From Trichinella spiralis (taxonomy: Eukaryota), in NCBI RefSeq assembly GCF_000181795.1, contig NW_003526945.1, positions 5,884,129-5,948,128 of the forward strand: DNA of 64,000 bases. Direction: 5' to 3'. Positions within the stretch are counted from its first letter, which is position 1. Every line of letters begins with the position of its first letter. Positions 54,701 through 64,000 of this stretch are shown here, piece after piece. Below the pieces are notes generated by a model. That model made no database searches. It saw only the letters and a program-made list of their open reading frames with translations, and was not told where the DNA came from. A program made the position numbers and the translations under genes.

Positions 54701-56578
54701 GATGAATACTGTAAATCTTGCAGGCCACTCGATTACGTGGAGGTTTTATTTGCACACTGGCTTCGCATACACACAGGCATAGTGATGGCAAATATATTCT
54801 GGATCAACGATGAAAATAGATAATTTGAAAAAAAAATCTTGATGAAGAAATTATCATTTAGCAGAAGAAGAAGAAGAAGAAGAGCTTGGGGAAAGAAAGA
54901 TAGAAAGTGAGATGAAAACGCAGGCGTCACTTTTCGCAGCTCGTAGCTTTGATTCAAAGCAGTCCAACTCGTCAAATCTTTCAACACGCATCTTCTAATT
55001 TCTCGCCTGACGTGCTTAAAACCGAGACGCCAGCTGCTTTTCGATAAAGAAGAGCAGATAAAATGGATCCTTTAAAGCTGTCTGTCGACAAATCTAAAAC
55101 TCCAATTTAATAATATCTGCTTCTGTCTGTCCGTCTCAAATTATTTTTTGTTTACTTCGACGAATAATCTGACGTATAATTTCTGCTCATCCGTCATCAT
55201 TAGCCGGCCAAATTATTATCACTTCAACTATTCGTATATATATATTTTTTTCCTTTCGAAATTATTCAAATATTAATTTACTTTTTGTGACAGTATTTTT
55301 TACACTCATGTTCCTTGCAATTTGTCCTACTTTTTGTTTTCTTTTTGGTCTTCTTATTTTGATTGGTCAGAATAGGATTTGAAAATTGAGGAAAATAGTG
55401 GTGGAAAATTTGCGCATTTTTGTCGTACTTGTTCAATTGCATCCTAGTCGTAATAATTAATAATAATAATTGATGATTGATGAATTTCCATTTTTCGCTC
55501 GTTCTCGAAATTAGAAAAGAAAAAACAGAAGAATATAAATCCAAACACGTTGCTCATCTATCAGTGTGAGGATTGAAAAATTTGCCGACAGATGGCGCGC
55601 GGGAAAAAAATTTCCCGCTGCGAGATTGTCGCGCTACCTGTTGGCAATTCGTGATGAGCGTGTGGTCGGTCGTGTTCTCTTCTTGTGTCTGTCAGTCTTT
55701 TTCGCTCGGTCGACAGAACAACAGTTTCGTCGGTGTAGCCATGTTGGGGTCCAAAAGTGCCGCCCATTTTACGTTCGGTCTGTTGAACCAGTGGTCAAAG
55801 TCGACGGACACAGGTCACAAAGTGTTGGTTGGATCGAGGTCGTGAGAGCCATCTGCTTATTCTTCCTGTTCAAATCGCTCACCATCCATCTATCTATCTG
55901 TGTTTCTCCACTCGACTCGGTGTGTCCGTACAAGGATGGGAAAATTGGCAAACAATGGCCACGCTGGACAACTGCCTCGTGCCAAGGTCAGCGGCTGGTC
56001 AGCGACTCTGACGTCATCATCGCGACGCGTAGTGGTCAGATCCGACCGATCACGTGATCTACATCTCGGGTCAGGCTACCATTGGGCTTCAGTTAGCTCG
56101 TTGTCCGGCGGTCTCGTTCGTCCGCTGGCCGGGGCACAATGGTCGCCACAAAAAAAGACCCCGTCCACTAGTTTTGTGTGTGCGTGTGTTTTTTGATTCT
56201 TCTCTTTCGTTTCAGGATTTCTTCCATTCATTCACTCAAAGCTCGTTTTGGTGTCGTTTGTACTGTTCACCTGCAGCTGTGCTGTTTGTTGCTTTATTCG
56301 ATTAGCTGTTTATTAATTTTAATAACAACAAACAACAACGCTTGCTTCTTCTCCAGTCTGTTATTGCTGCTAGCAAAGTAGCAGAAAAAGAGTAGCCAGA
56401 CTTATCTACCATTCTCTTCTCCTTTTGGTCATCGTCGGTCTGTTGCTTTTCATCTTCACTTCGTCAAAGTGGCCAAGGTAATAAAGGTAGTGGTACAGTG
56501 TGCCCAACTTTGCTGCTGCCATCATTTGCTCGGCATCTTCATCTGGCAGACCATCGCAATTTTGTCCCCTCTGCTCTG

Positions 56579-59500
56579 ATGTTTTCGTCGACTTGTTGTT
56601 GGATATTTTTCCTATTCACCACCCAACTTCAGTCAATCGTCCACTCGAAACGAGGTAAGATTGCAATTAATTTATTTTCATTCGATTCTATTCAACGGAA
56701 TTGCTTCGTTCATGGAGACAATAATCAACGGTGGAGTTTGATGCAATTTAGGAAACGGTTTGCAATTTCCGTTCGAATTTTTTTTCCAACATCAACAATT
56801 GCTTTGATTCAAAAAATTAAATAAATAAATAAACAGCGTGACATTAATAATAATAGTGGTGAAAAAGTTTTCCTCTTCTTCTGGTAATTTTGTTCACTTT
56901 GTTAACTTTCGCGTGGTCTTGGGAATTGGGAAAAAAAGTTTTCATCTTTTTTCTTCATTTGTGCATTTTTTTTCAACCGGACGTGTAAAACAGGTTGTAA
57001 TTGTACGACTGCGAAACGGACGCCCTGGATTTCTATTCATTCATCACTTTACACCATTGAATTGAACAGTGATATTTGTTGGCAGTTGGGGGGGGGGCGG
57101 GGGAGGGAGGAGGGGGAGAGGCCAAGGCAGGGCATGGCAGGGGGATCGATCGATTTCGCAGGTTTGGTGAGGTGGGTGCAATTTTAGCTTATTCTTCTTC
57201 TTCTTCTTTCTTTTGCTTATTGTCGCTTTAATTGGCGGCCAACTTCCATCACCAACGCCCTTGGCCAGACTATTTTCACCAACGTCCAAGCCATAAATCA
57301 CCGACAATTATCGTCCAATGCACTTGGCTATCGTTTCAATTTTACAATACACACAACTGAATTTCTTCTCTTCAATCTGCACAAACAACAACCAAATGTG
57401 TACAGTTTTTTTTTCCCCATTGCAAAATTAAATGGAAAAAAGAGCAAACATTTACAACAATTCCATTCTATTCTTTTTTCCCCATTGCTTCATGTATATA
57501 TGTGTGTGTGCATTTTTCTTTTCTTCACTTTATTCGCTTTAATGTGATTTAAATTTTCAACAAATGCTTTTCGTTCCTGGCTCTGAACGCATCATTTTTG
57601 CCGTTTTATCTTTTTCTTCTTCCTCTTTTCCGAGCATTATTCGCTTGTTGAATTGTATAAAATTTAAATTTAAAAAAAAACGAGAAGATGCAATTTTCAA
57701 TTGTAAATAATAATATTAATTATCTCGTTACGAATTGTTTGAATTGAAACAATTTTTCACTGAACAACTTGACAAATATTCCATTGGATTGGATTTGATT
57801 TGATTTCGTCGTGCAGTGTTAATTGTTAATTTAATTTGCATTGCAATCGTCAGTCATTATATCAATTCAATTGTTCGTTTGTTCATTTTCATTCATCGAC
57901 AAATTCTACATATAAAATTATTAGCTATAATTTAATACCAGTATTCGAATTTTTATCCTGCAAGTTTTAAAAAATGTGGTCAACATTTTATTGTCGGTTT
58001 GGAATTGAACGTTGCATGTTAATGGTTGAATTTGTAAAAGGACGACCTTGATTTCACACGCAATTTTCTTGTTCAAGTGGTTGTTGGCCGTTTTCTATTA
58101 CCGGACTATGTGAAATTTTTATTACCAACCAATAAAGCAGCTGCTGATCAACTTTATACAATTGTGGAATAATGTAAAAATTATTCTCATCCAAAGTTTA
58201 ATTAGTCTATTGTTTGCATACCACCAACTGCTGCTGCTGTATATAAATTTCGGTAGTTGTTTAGGCATGCGGGGAAAAATTGTATACTGTTTGTTGCAAG
58301 TTGTGGGAATTGGTGAGAAAAATACGACAGACTGCTCAAATATAGAGAGTTCAAATAAATAATAATGATAATTCCAATTGGACAATGTGATGGATGGCAT
58401 TGCTTGGAGGAACGATTTTTGCTCGGTCTCATGCACCACAGGGGATAGCTGCTAATTGTGATCAAATATCGACGCCGGTTCTCTGGCACTGGACAAATTT
58501 GTCCTGTCAGCAGGTTGAAATGTTGATTAACAATTATTCCGCTAGTTTCCGTCGGCTAATTTTATTAACGATCCCTGAATGTTTGCGATCCGCGTCGATA
58601 AAAGCGCTTCAAGCGCGCCATCCAAACCACTATCGAGCCGATCAAAGTGTTCTTATCATTTCATACACCAAGTCCAACTATCTTTATCCACGGCTGGCTT
58701 GGAAAAGGCCAGTGCAAAATTTCCCTTCCAAACGATTATTATTCAACTTCAGTCCATCAAAAGTCATTTAAATGCAGTTTAATAATAGCACTTGTTTATT
58801 ATTAGCATTATTGTCGTTGTTGTTGTCATCGAGAATGTTCGTCGATAAAATCAAAATGGATATTTTGCCTGTGTGTGATCCATAACTATTTTTGAACCAA
58901 CTATTTTATTACATGTATTTTTTTTTTGAAAAAAAAAATTTACTTAAAAAATAAATAGGTTAATGGATACTTTTATTACTGTTGATACATCAATACGTTG
59001 CGCATATTGCAGTTTACACAATTTTACAGTTTTGTTTAATTTATTTATTTTTAGTACTGTTGCTGGATACGACACAATTGTCCTATTTGAAATGGAAAAC
59101 ATATTCCAGCTCAACTTCATCGCAGGAAGGGGTAAGTTGAATTTACCTTGTATATATATATATATATTAAAAAGTAATTCACATATATGAACTTGATTTC
59201 TACTGCTGCTGCTGCTGCTGCTGCTGCTGGTGATGGTGTTGTTGTTGTTGTTGATTGCCTACATTATATAGTCAATTTCCAGTAAAAAGCATTTTTATTT
59301 ACATAAACTGCAGTGCATTAACGTAGTAAAGATTGAACAAACTGTTAACGACGTGAAACAGATGAACTTGATTGACATAGTCGCGGTTCACTTTGTCCAT
59401 CTTTCTGTGTCTACAAGCCGACGTTCATTGAAGCGTGCCAAAGTGCACTTTGGCCATCGATGGAATTCGCACACATTAATACAAGCCAGTGAAATATTAT

Positions 59501-62500
59501 TCATAATTGGAAATATTTTTCTTTCGCTAATGGAAAAAGGCGTGGTTCGATTGACTGGTGATTTGTAGAAATGATTTTCAAATAGCCATTCCCGTTGTTT
59601 CAGTTGTTGTTTTTTTCCCTTGATTTTATTCAACTATTTTTTTTACAATTGTAGAAAAATTATAATATGTATATATATATGAATTCAATTTTATTGCTGC
59701 TTTTTTTGCGAGGAAGTGGAAATTTTTCAATTTGTGCATCGGATGTCCTTCAAAATTTGATGCTACGCTGAATAATGTTTGATTTGTTCACCGTTGTGCT
59801 GCTGTTGACAAAGCAACAATGATAAAGGAAACGAATGGAAAAATGACCCAACTTTGCTCAACGCAGCAGCAGCAGCAGCTGTCCAGTGGAGTGAGAAAGT
59901 GTCCTTCTCATCAAAGAAATTTATCATTTGAAAAATTACCCCTATTATTAATATTATTATAATCAGTTGCATGTTGCATCTTTTCATTGTAAAAGAAAAA
60001 AAAAATCAATATAAAGAAAGGAAGCAGGAGAAAAAATGTGCTATATATATATATATATGTATGTATTGTTGAATATGTTGAGGTTTTTGTTGTAGGTGAA
60101 GGACAGACGTGAGGTTTTTTTTTCTTCCATTGAAGGAGAAAAAAGTTTCAAATTTTGCACAAATTATTAATTTTGTTTCAATAATAATTGCAACGAATGT
60201 TTTTTATTGTTTCTTTTTTTTCAGTGGTCTGAGGAGAGCTTTGCCAACGTGAAAGAGGGGAACAACTGGCGCACGTATACGGTATGCGACTTTTACAAAG
60301 ACAGCGCCAACCACTGGCTCAGAACGCCGTATATCGCCAGAGGCAACGCCCGTCGACTGTTCATCGAGATGACGTTCACGATGCGCGCCTGCAAGGAGTT
60401 CCCTCAAACTGCGCTAACTTGCAAAGAGACGTTCACGTTGTTGTACCACGAGGCGGACCACGACGTCGCCAACGAGTCAACTTCGTTGCCTTGGAACGAG
60501 CGTTCGTATCGAATTGTGGACAAGATCACGTCCAACGGTGCCCGTTATGCCCATTCGGCTGCCGGGGAGGCGGAAACGGCCGCGGCCATGGCCACGCCCC
60601 TCTTGGCCGAGCACGCATCCAAGACGACCGTCGTGCGCAGTGTGCCGGTGTCAAAAAATGGGGTTTATTTCGCTTTTCAAGACGAAGGCTCTTGCACATC
60701 ACTGCTGTCGATTAAAGTACAATTATTAAAATGCGCAACAACAACATTAATAATAATAATAATCATTGCACAATTTAATATAATTTTTTTTGTGCACAAA
60801 TAGGTTTATTATCAAGTTTGCGAAGAAGTGTTGGCCAATTTTGCTTGGTTTGATGAAACTCCTGCTGGACCAGAATTGACATCAATTCAAGAAACCGTTG
60901 GCCAATGCGTCGACAATGCCAAACCGACCGGCGAGTCGATGCCGAAATTTGTATGCAAAGCCGATGGTTCTTGGGATTTGCTCAGCGGTAGTTGCCAATG
61001 CAATGCCGGCTTTGAAGCGTTCGATTCGCATTGTTCTGGTGAGTGGATTTTCACAGTGGGATGTGCGAAAAATTGTCGACTAACAATTCATTTATTGTAC
61101 AGCTTGCAAAATGGGACACTTCAAAGATGTGAAAGGATCGGTTGGATGCCGACCTTGTCCATTGCACAGTCATACGGTCAGTAATGGTAGTGTATTTTGT
61201 CAATGTGAACCCGGCTATTATCGAGCTCAAGTCGATGCTCTTTCTGAGCCGTGCACACGTATGTGTAGTCGTTTGTTTGTTTTGTAATTTCTCATTTTTC
61301 TTCTTCATATTCGATTGATATTTTTTTTCATTCTGTAGAGCCACCTTCTAAGCCACAGAATGCTCGTGTGGAATTTGTCGATCAGAACAGTGTGGTGATC
61401 GCCTGGAATCGTCCCGTTAGTAACGGTGGTCGATCTGAACTCTGGTACCGAGTGGATTGTCGTGATTGTCCTGCTGGAATTCGCTACGGATCTGAGCTGA
61501 TGTCTTCGAATCGTATCCACGTGACCAACATCACTATCAGCGGTCTGGAACCGTCGACATTGTATACGGTGTTCGTTTACGCCGAGAACGACGTGAGCGC
61601 GCTGTTGAACGGTCTGCCAATGTACGCCGTGGTCGAGGTGACCACGACCGCTTTGGCGCCGGTCATACTGTCCGAGTTGAGGGTGGAGTCGGTGGCCGAG
61701 AACGAAGTTTCGTTGGCTTGGCACGCGCCCGAAGTTCCACTCCACTTGGGTACCGCTTACGAGCCGCCGACGCTCCAACGTAACCGCCATGGCAAGCCGA
61801 AGCTGCACGTCCAGTATTATTTGGTCGATTACGCGGCGCGTCGCGGCGTGGCCACTTCGCGTACCGGTGACCACATCCGAATCACTACCCAACAGCCCCA
61901 TGCTTTTGTCCAAGGTTTGCTAGCTGATACGGAATACGGCTTCAAAGTGCGCGCTTACACGTCCAGAGGTTGGAGTGCTTGGACCGATACCAAATGGATA
62001 CGTACGTCAGGTAAAAATGAAGCTAACATGATATATTTATTTATTTATTGTTTTGTTTGTTTCGAATTGTTGTCATTTATTTATTTCAGCATCTTCACAG
62101 TACAACAGTGTTGCCGGTGGATTGAATCCACACGGATCGTCGTCGACGAAATATTTATATGCAGCAATTGGGGTGCTGCTGTTCATAATCAGCGTATTGT
62201 TAACGCTAGCTTATCGCCGTCGATTGCCATTTCACTTGTGCGGTTACAACAAGCAGCCGAGTGATTTAGATGTCTTGGAATACAAAGCAGGTTTGTTAAT
62301 TTATAACATATATACGTAGATATGGACTATTTTATTAATTATTATTGTTTTTATTTTTATTTTTATAGATCAATTCAGTTCTGATTATAATACAATCGAC
62401 ATTTACAATCACAAATGTATGTTATTTTGTTTTGTTTTGTCTATCATTTTCCTAATGTTATTGAATACATATATATATGGTGAGAAACATCACGTTGTTC

Positions 62501-64000
62501 TATTTCAGTCAATTCAGCAATAGTTCAACTACCTAGAAGATCTGGGTCAGCTTACAAGCCGTATGTTGATCCGTTGGCATATGAAGATCCGAAACAAGCG
62601 TTGCGAGAGTTTGCCAACGAAATTGATTCAACAGCGGTGGCTTTAGATGAAATTATTGGTGAAGGTGAATTTGGTGAAGTTTACAAAGGAAAAATGTGCG
62701 TCCCGGGATGTGGGGTAGAAGTGGTGGCGATTAAAAGCTTAAAGACTGGTCTGTCGGTCAAGGCTAAGCTGGACTTTTTGTCCGAAGCATCCATCATGGG
62801 TCAGTTTGATCACCCGAATGTGATTCGTCTCAGGGGCGTCATTTCACGTTCAGAGCCGGCAATGATTGTAACGGAATATTTGGAAAATGGCTCGTTGGAC
62901 AATTTTCTCAAAGTAAATAATAATTGCTACTTTACTGTTGTCTGTGCTACTTGATTACTCTTTATATTGATATGCTGTTTTTTCTTCGCTTTTTCTAGCG
63001 CAATGGAGACCGGTTAGATACGGTGCAATTGGTACGAATGTTGAATGATGTTGCCAGTGGCATGGCTTATCTTAGTGATAAGGGTTACACTCACAGGGTA
63101 TGCATTTGTCTGATTATGTATTTGATTTATTGATAATAATGACGCAGTTTGTATGTATGTATGTATGTATGTGTGTTCCAGGATTTGGCGGCAAGAAATA
63201 TTTTAGTCGATGGTAAAATTTGTTGCAAGATTGCCGATTTTGGATTGTCACGTGAATTGGAAGGCTCCACTGAATTGGCATATACGACGAAAGGGGGAAA
63301 AATCCCGGTACGCTGGACGGCGCCAGAGGCGATCACGTTCCGCAAGTTCACCTCCTCGTCCGACGTGTGGTCTTTCGGCATCGTGGTCTGGGAGGTGCTG
63401 TCGCTGGGCGACCGTCCCTATTGGGATTGGACAAATCAGGAGGTGGTCGACGCGGTCGATCAAGGCTACCGTCTGCCGGCGCCGCACAACTGTCCGGCCA
63501 CGTTGTACCGTCTGATGCTGGCCTGTTGGGACAAGGACTACACTTGCAGACCGACGTTCCATCAGTTGCGTTGCATGTTGAGCGATTTTCTCCACTGTCC
63601 AGATTTGATGTATTCGCCGACCTTTCTCACCGGCACGTCACAGCAAAATCAACAGTATATTCATGTTTTGTTTGCTGTTGTCAATTAAGAATTATCGATG
63701 GTGTTCAATTAATTAATTAATTGTGTCGTTGCAGATTTTATACACTGAGCGCGCGTGTCTTTGCAGCCGGTTCATTTCCGTACGCTTGCAGTGTTGAGGA
63801 TTTTTGTCGCAAGTTGAACTTGGACCGTCGTTTCGCCCAAGTGTTCCACGCGCACGGTGTACACCGCCCAGTGATTGTTTCAGAATTGACCAGTGCGGAT
63901 TTGGCGTCGATGGGTCTGTCTCGGGTTGATCAGGAGATTGTCACCAGGGCGTTGGTCAAGTTCAGGCTTGCCAACGCGAACCGTATGCAGCAGTCCAACG
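56579..64000 (+). CDS. vab-1: Eph receptor tyrosine kinase (VAB-1/Eph family), 3' end beyond window; exons about 56579-56654, 59055-59131, 60225-60716, 60804-61038, 61103-61258, 61339-62010, 62090-62290, 62369-62416, 62509-62912, 62999-63097, 63182-63654, 63735->64000
   Basis: Signal-like exon [23 protein letters not shown]; ligand-binding domain [47 protein letters not shown]; Cys-rich region; two FN3 domains; [23 protein letters not shown]; juxtamembrane [10 protein letters not shown]; kinase [40 protein letters not shown]-like tail. First-exon assignment is inferred. Confidence 0.95.
59203..59252. repeat. Compound trinucleotide microsatellite (CTG)9 followed by GTT units, in Eph intron
   Basis: Seen directly. 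Confidence 0.85.

Noticed and set aside
58394..58771. 125-aa ORF inside Eph intron 1
   Set aside because: No homology or signal peptide, and no phase-compatible join to the 59055 exon was found.
61305..61913. 202-aa minus-strand ORF
   Set aside because: Antisense shadow of the Eph FN3 exon.

Overview
AT-rich eukaryotic genomic DNA with compact genes and many short (about 50-100 nt) GT-AG introns. Gene content and intron style suggest a clade I parasitic nematode such as Trichinella; this is an inference. Exon chains were assembled by hand from splice sites and reading frames. Ten intron-containing protein genes are supported: FKBP12 (-), a TESK-type cofilin kinase (-), an ARHGAP6-like RhoGAP (+), Rab10 (-), MCMBP (-), a secreted phospholipase A2 (-), NSUN4 (-), GMPPA (+), a SOCS7-like SH2/SOCS-box protein (-) and an Eph receptor kinase (+, runs off the window end). 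There is also a decayed hAT transposase fragment, a 668-nt assembly gap and simple repeats. The clearest feature not visible in the ORF track is a miR-31/miR-72 hairpin at about 42.1 kb, flanked by a splice acceptor and a donor and lying in a structured GC-rich island. Other leads are a C-terminal CaaX motif on the TESK kinase that overlaps a splice donor, two uORFs on GMPPA, a candidate four-gene operon, a small spliced transcript divergent from MCMBP, and candidate structured RNAs upstream of Eph. I found no CRISPR, rRNA or tRNA, and no wholly new multi-gene system that I can support.
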